Below, piece after piece: positions 1-12,015 of a stretch of DNA of 51,543 bases. A model generated the notes under the pieces. The model saw nothing but the letters and a program-made list of their open reading frames with translations, did no database searches and was not told where the DNA came from. Positions within the stretch are counted from its first letter, which is position 1. Each line of letters opens with the position of its first letter. This DNA comes from Octopus bimaculoides (lineage: Eukaryota): contig NC_068989.1 in assembly GCF_001194135.2 (NCBI RefSeq), positions 53,940,934 to 53,992,476 of the forward strand. The letters run 5' to 3'. A program made the translations under genes and the position numbers.

Positions 1-40
<40 letters not shown>

Positions 41-1225
41 ACAACACACACAACTGCTTGCGCATAAAAACAGAACACATACAATCTAAGAACAGCAAGA
101 GAACAAATGAACAGAACATGTTTAACTCCATTTCAGCTCTGATCTAGCTGACGTATAATTTCTTCTATTCCAGCTTGTTAGGTTGCGATTACAACAAAAT
201 TTGGCAACAGTTTCAAGAATGCGGAGTAGTGGTGCTGGTTCTTGGTGGAGTTTGTTTATGTTTTGTCACACAACATTTGGGTAGAACGTTTGCGTCCTGC
301 CACAAGTGTTCTAAAGTGTTCATACTTGTGGACGTTCTCATTATATGGATCCACTCAACCTAGGTATGAAGAGTTTGTAGAAAGCATAGAGTGTAATACT
401 AAGTATGTGCATACTGATATACACACACAGACATATATATATGTACATATTTGCACACATACAGACACACAGACACACACATATATAATATGTAATAAGT
501 ATGTGTGTGTGTGTGTATTTATAAAAATATTAATACGGGAATTTTTTCAAACATACTTCATTTTGAACTTAACTGTTTCGCGTTTGTAGAGAACTTATAT
601 ACAATTCAACCACGATTGATACTATATATCTCACACTGTGTGTGCCTCTAGCTGATATTCCTTTTTTTTTTTAATTCTATTTTAACTTCTCCTTTTTCTC
701 TGACTATTCCTATCCTTTTCATTTAAAATGAAGACATTTATATAAAATATGGTAAAGCATTCCAGCCGGATATTGGAGGGATGTTAGTTCGATCCTCATG
801 GCTGGCTGCCGACAAATTTTTCTGCTTTTAAAAAGAAAAACGGATTTTATCCTTTATATCTATACTGTTCAGTACCTATGCGTTGAATAAAATTAATTTT
901 TCTACTTGTTATATAATTACATGATTTCACTAGGTTTTATTATTTTTTATTCCGTGCTGAAGACGTACATTATATATAAAAACAAGCTGTTCAGACAAGA
1001 CTTGGAAATGATAAATATTAAATGACTAAACATTGTTTACATCTTGAAGTAACACTTTATGCTTAGAAATTTGTAAAGAAGTAAAGAAAAATGCTTCCCT
1101 CCAACACGCAAAATAGATGAAGGAATCCGCAGATTTGCTCATACAGACATACATGCATACGTACATACAAACATACGCACATACACATATGCATACTGAT
1201 ATATATATGTGTGTGTGTGTGTGTG

Positions 1226-1271
<46 letters not shown>

Positions 1272-2340
1272 AACAGATATAAGTATTGATAGAAAGGTAA
1301 GTTCTGGAGAATAAACCTTTTCATAAGGAGCGTGGTTATGCCATTTAGAATAGAGAAATCAGAAGTTCGTAGACTTAGTGTCAATACTTTACCGAGAACA
1401 ATGCGTCGAGTAGCAGGTACACTTATTGGACTCATTGTTTTTAATTATATATTGACTCTGAAACCTAAGTTTCTCTATTGAAAGTGGTAAATTGTCTTAA
1501 TTAGAACCCGTGCGCACTTACTTGCATATATGTGCGTGAGTGTGTGTTCCAAACTATTGATGAGAATACCAACACAGAAGACAAATTATAAAGTAACGGT
1601 AATTATTTGTCGCTCAGAGAAAGGGTAAGAAAACAGGAAGTGTCACTGACATTTCGAGCATTAGCTTGATATCGAAAAATAGTTAGGATAAACAGTAAGG
1701 GAATGGAAGACAGATTCGAGAGTAAGGGGGAAATATTGTTGGTTTGTGTTTGAACCCATTGTAACAAATACACACTCATACATATTACACGATGTTTTCA
1801 TATACTCCAATATTGTTTCTGAAGTCACGATGAACATTATAATCTTACGCCCACACACACGCAAACAAACACACACACACACACACTGTATGCGTGTGTT
1901 TGTGTGTGTGTACACACACACGTGCACACATATTTAATGTATAAATAAGCACATTCTCGTATTTATGCAGGTATGCTTTTATATCATCATGAGTATATTT
2001 AAATATACAACAAGCGTTGACGATTTATATGCATGCCATCATGTTTGCTGAAGAGGTGAAATAGTACTGAAACATGTCCCTTTTTTTAACAAGTTGGTCC
2101 TGGTGTCCAGATGCACTGCATCATTCTTTTATTTTTCGTGTCCTGAAATTTAAAGCTACTGATCCCACTGGATTTATCTCCCTTACGTGTTGTAATTTTA
2201 AACAATTCATGAGTGAATTTTTATCAATTGATTGGTGAAATAATCTCCGATAATCGAATTTTTTGCAACTCATTGTATAAGTGTTGATATACATAGTGAA
2301 GTCACATAGTGATGTCAATGCAACACAAGCTAGCATAACG

Positions 2341-2401
<61 letters not shown>

Positions 2402-2712
2402 TTATGTATGGATGTGTGTGTATGTATATGTATATGTATAGTATGTGAGTGTGTGACTGATCAACATACATACACACGCTCTCTCACAAACACTCGCACA
2501 CAGAATTTTAAATGGAATCAGAAACAGGATGACAAGACTGAACGTACGCATTCTTTCGGGTCAAATTTTATGGGAATATTTGAGACGCAAATTTACAAAT
2601 AAACAGAAGTAGAATTGTTGGCTCCGGGCAGCCTTCACCTTTCTTATATTCAAAGGGAATTTCCAGCCTATCATTTAAATGCTATTATTTTTTTTTATTT
2701 TTATTTTTATAT

Positions 2713-2890
2713 AACGGCGACGAATAGGCAGAATCGTTAACACGCCGGGAAAAATGCATAGCAGCATTTCATCCACCTTTTTGTTCTCGGTTTAAATTCC
2801 GCTGCGGTCATCTTTGCCTATCATCATTTCGACGTCAGTAGAATAAGCATCAGGTGGACACTGGCGTCAATGTAATCGACTTACCTCTCT
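2713..2890 (+). mobile_element. SINE family A copy (tRNA-derived head), diverged
   Basis: Head GGCAGAATCGTTAACACGCCGGG, B-box-like GTTTAAATTCCGC, then TTTGCCTATCATC and GTAATCGACTT. Matches the well-preserved copy at 19568-19799. Confidence 0.8.
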
Positions 2891-2946
2891 CGGATGTACT
2901 TTGAAAATTTGAAAATCATGATTTATATCTTTATGTACATCTATAT

Positions 2947-3610
2947 CAGTGTTTCCCAACGTGGGGGCTTATGCCCCACCGGTGAGGCGTGGGAAAATTG
3001 GGGTAGGGCATGCGTTAGCGTTGGCTGTCAAAATTTCTGCAAGTAACTTGAGTGCACACTTGTCAACCCTAAGCCTATTTTTGGACATTGAAATGAAAAA
3101 AGAAATATCGCTATGGAATATCTATACTTAAATCATGTAGCTACGACCAATCAGCATACTGAATGAGGTATCTGCATTTATTAGGCGTTTGTTTCTCTGT
3201 TTCAGTATCCATTATCCAAGAGAACTATTGATTCATTTTCCTTAGTCTTATTTGGTCGAATGTGGATTTAGTGCAATTGACAATTTGCTGGAAGCCAATA
3301 AAAAACCGGCTCGAAATTACAAAACATGATGATTTACGGCTGAGGTTAACGAAATTGTCTCCTCAAATCACGTATCTGTGCCGTGTGCACCAGGCACAGG
3401 GTTCTCACTAAATGAGTTAAGGTATCCGTCAGCCAGGTAATTGAATTAAAAATCGTGTTTCTATATTAAAGCACAATGTTGATGGGCACCAATTTTTTTC
3501 TTAATAAAAGTGAGACATTGAAATATCTGTTATTAAAAGTAGGGCACCAGAAAATTTGTGTTTTAAAAAGTGGGGCACCGGAAAAAAAGGAAAAAGGATG
3601 GAAAACATTG
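2947..3610 (+). mobile_element. Internally deleted hAT (Charlie/Buster-type) DNA transposon with transposase C-terminal remnant
   Basis: Ends CAGTGTTTCCC and GGAAAACATTG form an imperfect TIR. 8-bp flanks ATCTATAT/AGTTAGAT match 5/8 and resemble the NTCTAGAN target. 3222-3411 translates, with one stop and one frameshift, as ELLIHFP*SYLVECGFSAIDNLL / NRLEITKHDDLRLRLTKLSPQITYLCRVHQAQGSH*, typical of the Buster/Charlie hATC dimerisation end. Three GGGCACC subterminal repeats at about 3484-3578. Confidence 0.85.
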
Positions 3611-4519
3611 AGTTAGATCCGTTGTTCCAAACCAGAATGATAAACAGTATTATTTCTTTTCTTTATTGTTGCTTATCGTGAAGCCAACAATGACTGGACA
3701 AAGAAATGGTCCAAAGTATACAATTTGTGACCATCCCATTTGGATTTACTTTTTCTTTTCCCCCTTTTTTGGGGGGGGCGGGATATCTAGATCTATACTA
3801 TTTAAGCTACCACTTAATTTTGTTTAGAACAGTATTGTAATTTTAAGGAGTTTTCGCTGTTATTTTTAACAGGTTGGGCAGCCACATAAAGTTCTCTCGA
3901 TAGCTCAACAAAACTAAGGTTGCTTTCCGTTGTTTTGTTGTTGCTGTTGTCGCTACTGCTATATTTGTTATTTTTAGGACATTAACAGGGTCAGTCTGCC
4001 AAATGTTAACCCCTGTGGTAAGAAGCCTGTTAGCTTTGGTGTCGAAATATTTTAATGTCACAAGATCTGATTTCTGCTTGATTCTAAAGTGTTATGGTGT
4101 GCTACGTTGTGCTTACGCTGGGAGGCGTGTAGGGAAAGTTGGTATCGTTGATAAAGTTCATTATAACATGATCACGTGAAGAACTGTAACACGTGATCCT
4201 CATTAAATTTTAATGTTAATGTATAGCAAAAAAAAAAAATAATAATAATAATAATAACAGTCGACCATTTTTTTTTTCTCTTTTAATTTTTTAAGGTTCG
4301 TTAAACACCGCCATAAATGCCATCGACTTTACCACTACCAATAACACAACGAACGCCAGTGCCACCTTCACTAACCACCGCTACCAGCAAAACTAACTGC
4401 ATGTACTACTACAACTACTGCTGCTGTGGTTGTTGTTATTGCTGCTGTGAATACTCCTACCGCTGTTGCTGCTGCTGATAATACTTCCACCGCTACCCAC
4501 ATGCCGTTTCCTATTACAG

Positions 4520-4553
<34 letters not shown>

Positions 4554-5073
4554 GCAAAGCAATTAAAATAGCTGTTAATCAAAAGTCTGTTAGTTGTGTG
4601 AATAAATAGCCAATGGCCCACTTAAACATTTAAATAGCGATTAAAAATATATTGTAAGGAAAACTGAAACCTTTCGCGTTGATGGAACCAAAACAGGAAA
4701 TATATATACAGCTTGTATAATTAATTTTCTCTCTTTCTCTTCCTTTCTCATTTCTTCCTTTCCTTTTCTTTTCTCTTATTAATCCCAAGAATCGGGAACC
4801 AAGGAACTTCCGATAGTCTCCAATATGTGCAGTCAAACTGACGGTAATAGATAACTATAGCAATAGCGTTATTGTTGTTGTTGTTGTTGTTCGTTGACCC
4901 TCGATCAGTCATAATCTAGCAAGCCTATGATCAAAGGTTTTTTCCAGACTTGGTCGACTCGTCTTTAAATATTCATTTATTGAGACAATACATACGTACA
5001 CATACGCAAAAACATACACGTGTATATGCATGCACATACATGTACATATGTACACGCTTATTAATATTTGTGT

Positions 5074-5383
5074 GGAGGCGCAATGGCCCAGTGGTTAGGG
5101 CAGCGGACTCGCGGTCATAGGATCGCGGTTTCGATTCCCAGACCTGGCGTTGTGAGTGTTTATTGAGCGAAAAACACCTAAAGCTCCACGAGGCTCCGGT
5201 AGGGGATGGTGGTGAACCCTGCTGTACTCTGCCACTACAACTTTCTCTCACTCTTACTTCCTGTTTCTGTTGTGCCTGTAATTCAAAGGGTCAGCCTTGT
5301 CACACTGTCACGCTGAATATTTCCGAGAACTACGTTAAGGGTACACGTATCTGTGGAGTGCTCAGCCACTTGCACGTTAATTT
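5074..5383 (+). mobile_element. SINE family E copy, 3' end lost in an N-gap
   Basis: A box TGGCCCAGTGG and B box GGTTTCGATTCC. Body is colinear with the second copy at 40193-40560. Confidence 0.9.
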
Positions 5384-6224
5384 NNNNNNNNNNNNNNNNN
5401 NNNNNNNNNNNNNNNNNNNNNNNNNNNNNNNNNNNNNNNNNNNNNNNNNNNNNNNNNNNNNNNNNNNNNNNNNNNNNNNNNNNNNNNNNNNNNNNNNNNN
5501 NNNNNNNNNNNNNNNNNNNNNNNNNNNNNNNNNNNNNNNNNNNNNNNNNNNNNNNNNNNNNNNNNNNNNNNNNNNNNNNNNNNNNNNNNNNNNNNNNNNN
5601 NNNNNNNNNNNNNNGATTTGTGATTAAATTAATGAGTATGGTTAATATTTATAATGAATTTGCTATTTGGACGTATAATGAATATGCGTTCCTGCCTGTA
5701 TATATTAACACGTTAAACGCCACATATACCACCGGTAGTTCATTACAAGATTAATTGAATCGTGTTAATTAATGTTTTATTATATACTTCCTAAGCATAA
5801 ACAACATCATACCTAAGAATTTTTATACACATTCAGTTTATCCGAGATTATTTATACTTGTGTAAACTATACTGTATGAGTCCAAGTGGGAATATGTGAT
5901 TGCTCAGATTAATTAAACGGACTTAATTAAGGTTTTGTAGCATATTTAACAAACACAGTAAAATGTACTGTGCTTTATGCTTGCAAAATATACCATAAAA
6001 CGGAAATGAACTCAGATTAATTAATATAAGTAGTTAATTATATTGAATGAAGTTCTATCAGTAAAATTCACGTCTGTTTTGTAGTGGAGGTAAAAAAAAG
6101 TGCAAACGTATATATTGAATATCGTATTAACGTTTATACACGCCACCACACACACACAGAGACGAACATGTTTTCTGATTTCAGCACTAGATTAGAAGTT
6201 TTGATGGAAAAGAGGTTGCCTTGT

Positions 6225-6392
6225 ATTTGACTGGTATTTTACTTTATTCACCTCGCAGAAATGGAAGACAATTTTGACCCCTGCGGAATTAAAACTCAAA
6301 TTCTAAAACTCAAACGTAATGACCCTGAACTAACCCCGCAAACCATGTTTTCTGGCGTTCTAACAATTTCTAACAATTCTGCTAGCTCGTCC
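6225..6392 (-). mobile_element. SINE family A copy, diverged
   Basis: GACCCCTGCGGAATTAAAACTCA and AACAATTCTGCTAGCTCGTCCCC are the reverse complement of the family A head and B box. Confidence 0.65.
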
Positions 6393-6442
6393 CCACGCTA
6401 CATACAGCTATACTTACATATAAGGAAGGACCCCCGCTTCGG

Positions 6443-6746
6443 TCATGAATGACCGTGGGATTGCACGTAGAAAGTTACCCTCAGAGGCAGAACTCTGGGC
6501 AAAGTTGTTTATGAAAGAAAAGCACTCGCCCAAGCATACAGGCTTCCCCTCTCCAGGCCGCTGATACTGTCCAAAAGAAAGGCAAAGGCCGATACGGTTT
6601 GGCACCAGTGACGTCGCAACGAACTGGAATAACGTGAAATAAAGTGTCTTGCTCAAGTTCACAACACACGGCCGAGTCCTGGAATCGAACTTACTACCTT
6701 ATGATAGTAAGCCCGACGCTCTAGCCACTGAGCCATGCTCCTTCAC
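6443..6746 (-). mobile_element. SINE family D copy (tRNA head, CORE-like segment, LINE-like tail)
   Basis: Minus strand reads A box TGGCTCAGTGG, B box GTTCGATTCC, then TTGTGAACTTGAGCAAGACACTT, which resembles the CORE segment of mammalian MIR (TGTGACCTTGGGCAAGTCACTT). That the tail is RTE-derived is recall, not verified. Confidence 0.8.
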
Positions 6747-6787
6747 AGCGTGCATATATTTTTTTTACATTTATATATACGCAACAT

Positions 6788-6986
6788 GGAGACGCGTGGC
6801 TTAGTGGAGAGGGTGTTGCACTCATGATCAAAAGATTTTGGTTTCGATTCCTGACCCAACAATGCGTTGTGTTCTTGAGCAAAACACTTGATTCCACGCT
6901 ACTCCACTCAGCTGGCAAAAATTAGTAATCCTTCGATGGCTTAACGTCCTGTCCAGGTGGGGAATATATACGCCACTGAAACTGGC
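6788..6986 (+). mobile_element. SINE family C copy (CORE-like)
   Basis: A box TGGCTTAGTGG, B box GGTTTCGATTCC, CORE-like GTTGTGTTCTTGAGCAAAACACTT. Colinear with the reverse complement of 15541-15795. Confidence 0.85.
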
Positions 6987-7482
6987 ATGACTCAAGAAGG
7001 AAACATTTATTTAGTTTTATTTTATACATACACATACACACACATTTATAATACATACATACATACATACATATAACATTTTCTGAAGTGTTCTTCTTTT
7101 GTCTTTGTTTTAATTTTTTCACCGCCTAATCAAAGGGGAAATTAAAGACAACATCTAGAACCCATTAATTTAGCTTGGGCACAGACAATAGTGGGATGAA
7201 GAGAGAAAATTATCCTGAAATCGGTGACTTGGTTTGGAGAATGCTGCCAGGACGTGGACTTCGTTAAAATACACTGAAAGGTTGATACGATGAAATTTGA
7301 AGGATATTTCACTACTATTTCTAGTTGATCAACCGTAGGTTTTATTGATAAATCCATAAATATTTCTCATTGTTTCAGTGATGATGAGATCTGATCAAGC
7401 TCACCATAATCAAAGCAAACAAACACATTTACAGCGTGTGCACATGTACAGCGTGTGCACACACTCAAGCACTCCTTTCTCT

Positions 7483-7486
7483 TCTG

Positions 7487-7556
<70 letters not shown>

Positions 7557-7670
7557 ACTCTGCTATCTTAATTTCGCTCTCCCTTTACTTCTGCTCTCCT
7601 TTCATGCTACCCTAATTTTTTATCACCCTGCTCACTCTCTCTTTCTTTCTCTCACTCACTCACTCACTCA

Positions 7671-7701
<31 letters not shown>

Positions 7702-7772
7702 TCTCACTCTTTCTCTCGGTCTATTCGTCTTCTCCACTTTCCTCTCCAAAACCTTCGTACAGCTATCCCACT

Positions 7773-7830
<58 letters not shown>

Positions 7831-7996
7831 CACACGCACAAACGCACACACTCACACACACACACACGCACAAACACACACACAAACAGACACTCGCACT
7901 TGTCTATATATATATATATACCTAAACATATACATACATGGACACACACAAACATACACATATCTGGACATGCCAGACATAAATACGTATACGTAT

Positions 7997-8044
<48 letters not shown>

Positions 8045-8050
8045 ACACAG
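7483..8050. repeat. Compound microsatellite (CT)n/(CTCA)n/(CA)n/(TA)n
   Basis: Directly visible. Explains the SL, HT and CV repeat ORFs here. Confidence 0.95.
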
Positions 8051-8457
8051 GCACGTATACGCTTTTGTTTAGTATTTGGTTCGTTTTAATGTTGTAGTTG
8101 TTGTTGCTGTTTATCTTGTAGACGTTACTTAGTCACAGACAGGTGTTTCTACAAAGTTAAACGCACACCTCGATAACAGCTGCTTTCTCTACTGAAACCT
8201 ATCATACAACATAACAACATTAGATTTCTACTTCTTTCATGGTTAATGTCCTTGTAATGTCACCTTTACAGTAACCCCTGAGGCAAATGAAAGAAACTTT
8301 ATTAGTATTACTATAGCTAAAGATAAGTGGCTTCGAAGAATCGGTAGCGACGGACAAATGTCTTTGTGAACACAAGAGCCACACATATACAAAAATATAT
8401 AAATGTATACGCGTAGCTCTTTATATACTTTCTCTCCCTTTCTTGCTTTATATACAC

Positions 8458-8675
8458 TTTTACTCTTTTACTCGTTTCAGTCATCTGACTTTGGCCATGC
8501 TGGAGCACCGCCTTTTAGTCAAGCAAATCGATCCCAGGACTTATTCTTTGTAAGCCTAGTACTTATTCTATCGGTCTCTTTTTGCCGAACCACTACGTTA
8601 CGGGGACGTAAACATACCAGCATCGGTTGTCAACTGATGCCGGGGGAGGAAAAACACAGACACACAGACACATAA

Positions 8676-8714
<39 letters not shown>

Positions 8715-8850
8715 CATATATACATATACAACGGGCTTCTTTCAGTTTCCGTCTACCAAATCCACTCATAAGGGCGCCACGCAATGGGACTGAACCCGGA
8801 ACCATGTGGTTGGTAAGCAAGCTACTTACCACACAGCCACTCCTACGCCT
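8458..8850 (-). mobile_element. SINE family B copy, near full length, with internal CA/TA microsatellite
   Basis: Reverse complement of the 29729-30195 copy. Head GGCTGTGTGGTAAGTAGCTTGCTTACC, B box GGTTCAGTCCC, tail GGCGGTGCTCCAGCATGGCC. Confidence 0.9.
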
Positions 8851-11800
8851 ATAANNNNNNNNNNNNNNNNNNNNNNNNNNNNNNNNNNNNNNNNNNNNNN
8901 NNNNNNNNNNNNNNNNNNNNNNNNNNNNNNNNNNNNNNNNNNNNNNNNNNNNNNNNNNNNNNNNNNNNNNNNNNNNNNNNNNNNNNNNNNNNNNNNNNNN
9001 NNNNNNNNNNNNNNNNNNNNNNNNNNNNNNNNNNNNNNNNNNNNNNNNNNNNNNNNNNNNNNNNNNNNNNNNNNNNNNNNNNNNNNNNNNNNNNNNNNNN
9101 NNNNNNNNNNNNNNNNNNNNNNNNNNNNNNNNNNNNNNNNNNNNNNNNNNNNNNNNNNNNNNNNNNNNNNNNNNNNNNNNNNNNNNNNNNNNNNNNNNNN
9201 NNNNNNNNNNNNNNNNNNNNNNNNNNNNNNNNNNNNNNNNNNNNNNNNNNNNNNNNNNNNNNNNNNNNNNNNNNNNNNNNNNNNNNNNNNNNNNNNNNNN
9301 NNNNNNNNNNNNNNNNNNNNNNNNNNNNNNNNNNNNNNNNNNNNNNNNNNNNNNNNNNNNNNNNNNNNNNNNNNNNNNNNNNNNNNNNNNNNNNNNNNNN
9401 NNNNNNNNNNNNNNNNNNNNNNNNNNNNNNNNNNNNNNNNNNNNNNNNNNNNNNNNNNNNNNNNNNNNNNNNNNNNNNNNNNNNNNNNNNNNNNNNNNNN
9501 NNNNNNNNNNNNNNNNNNNNNNNNNNNNNNNNNNNNNNNNNNNNNNNNNNNNNNNNNNNNNNNNNNNNNNNNNNNNNNNNNNNNNNNNNNNNNNNNNNNN
9601 NNNNNNNNNNNNNNNNNNNNNNNNNNNNNNNNNNNNNNNNNNNNNNNNNNNNNNNNNNNNNNNNNNNNNNNNNNNNNNNNNNNNNNNNNNNTATATATAC
9701 ATGTGTATATACTTATGACTATAGCTATTTTTGTTTTAAACTCGAAGTTAAGAGATTGCCACATCCTCTCACCCTTTCTCACTCATCGACATCAAAAAAC
9801 GCACATACACACACACACACACACTGACAAACACACACGCACGTATGTTCAATACATATACACTGACCATACCCGTATTCACAGACTTTGTGCTTCTTGT
9901 TTTTACTTCGTTTTTTCTTAAGATAGGCAGATATCCAAAACTTCCATATTTCTCCTATCTATCTAAATCGATGTTTAGCTAGGGCAAAGGTCGCTGACCT
10001 AGTCTGACACAGCTCGGCACCAGTGTCGTCGTAGTTGTTACTCTCAGAAGGCACTGAATACATAGGATTCTGCAAGACATTTTATCTGACCTTCAAGCCG
10101 TTCTTGAGTTTTAATCGAACCCGAAATGATGAAATTCGAACACAGACCGTAGAGTGTTGGAACTAACTCTACGACGTAGTCTATCTAACTTTCTAGCGAC
10201 TAATTCACCGCCTTACAAAAGCTCTGTGTTTCCAAATACACTAATTATAGAAAGACAGAATCCTTTAACTTAGGTAGACATGACACGTGTATGTGCTTAA
10301 TTATGAGTGGTACGGTATAGCATTTTGACTGGGTAAGTCGTGTGTCCAGTTTCTTCTTGAGATCAAATTTTATCTTGTGGAGGGCAATATGTCACAGGCT
10401 TCAGACTACGTACTGGCCATCATGTTTCTTACTTGCATTTCATTAATGTCCAGTATTTTGTTCTCTCAGGAATACCTAGCCACCACCACTACCACCACTA
10501 CCCCATGATTAATAACACTGAGCCAACAAGCAATATTCTACAAGCCATTCGACTAGCGACAAATAGTAGTAAATCTCTCCCCAAATGACTAGTGGTTTAG
10601 TGAAGCAGGGAAACGATTTAACACCACCTTCTGGTTTAAGGGTGTATTTAGCAAAGTACATTTTGTTGCAAGTATTCCGACCAAGCCTCCAGTCAGGAGA
10701 TATCTTCCTCACTTTCTCTGATCAATATCGGAAGTCTGGAAAAGAGCAACGAGGACAAGCGTTTCCCCTCATTAAGCATTTATTAAAACATAAACTACTA
10801 AGAACTAAGGAAACACTATATCGTATAGTCCTCGATATATTGTGTCTGAAAACAAATAATCTAGTCACGGCTTGGACAGCTTCGATGATGTGACTTTTGA
10901 TTGGAACCGAGGCAAAAAGAACAAAAACACGCACAGCATTCACAGTTATTTACAAGGTTGCTGTTTATTCATTTTACTGGCTACAGTATAACCGGAAGTA
11001 GAAATTGTACATCACTTCCTTTATACAATACAATGAGCCATCTTACACTAGCATTAGTCGTAATTATTTCATCGAAACCCGGCAATCAATCCATAGCCAC
11101 ACGCAAGCATACTCCAGACCAGATTAATTACAAATCGAGGTTTACTCTAAGGACATCAGTCAGAAAGATCTTCAATTGGAGCCAGAATAATCACTTATAT
11201 TACTATAAGATACAGTAGCAGGAAATTCACTCATATGAAGCAAGTCATGTTTGTTTATCTACCCCCCATCACTTTCATCACCACCCTCTAGCCGGCTTTC
11301 CCCTTTGAAAGCTAAGTTCCTGAACGGTGATAAAGAGAAGAAAGCTTTGAAGTGTCTGTTGTTGGACGGTATTGCTGTTGTCTAATCCCCCCTCTTTATT
11401 TTCTCTTATTTACATATTGTCTTGTTTCTCTCTTGATCCTCTGATGTTCACAATATATTCATCCATTCATCTGTGCGTGTGTGCACGTTCATGAATATAT
11501 ATATATNNNNNNNNNNNNNNNNNNNNNNNNNNNNNNNNNNNNNNNNNNNNNNNNNNNNNNNNNNNNNNNNNNNNNNNNNNNNNNNNNNNNNNNNNNNNNN
11601 NNNNNNNNNNNNNNNNNNNNNNNNNNNNNNNNNNNNNNNNNNNNNNNNNNNNNNNNNNNNNNNNNNNNNNNNNNNNNNNNNNNNNNNNNNNNNNNNNNNN
11701 NNNNNNNNNNNNNNNNNNNNNNNNNNNNNNNNNNNNNNNNNNNNNNNNNNNNNNNNNNNNNNNNNNNNNNNNNNNNNNNNNNNNNNNNNNNNNNNNNNNN

Positions 11801-11968
11801 NNNNNNNNNNNNNNNNNNNNNNNNNNNNNNNNNNNNNNNNNNNNNNNNNNNNNNNNNNNNNNNNNNNNNNNNNNNNNNNNNNNNNNNNNNNNNNNNNNNN
11901 NNNNNNNNNNNNNNNNNNNNNNNNNNNNNNNNNNNNNNNNNNNNNNNNNNNNNNNNNNNNNNNNNNNN

Positions 11969-12015
<47 letters not shown>

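Noticed and set aside
1117-1480. Protein-looking frames on both strands (MSPISVPATRR... minus; KFWRINLFIRS... plus) and a perfect AG|GTAAGT donor at 1290
   Set aside because: No recognisable domain, and the donor is preceded by a microsatellite with no matching acceptor.
2100-2340. Non-repetitive frames (minus MSCKKFDYRR...; plus KATDPTGF, faintly like LINE KAPGPDG)
   Set aside because: Similarity too short to support a call.
5074-5150. tRNA-like A and B boxes here and at other SINE heads
   Set aside because: They continue into SINE bodies and lack a full cloverleaf, so they are not tRNA genes.
7190-7270. YPEIGDLVWRMLPG, reminiscent of a PWWP N-terminus
   Set aside because: Frame stops after a few codons, there is no PWWP motif and no splice support.
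10585-11218. ORFs of 102 and 105 aa in non-repetitive DNA
   Set aside because: No recognisable homology, and the second has no ATG start; ORFs of this size can arise by chance.
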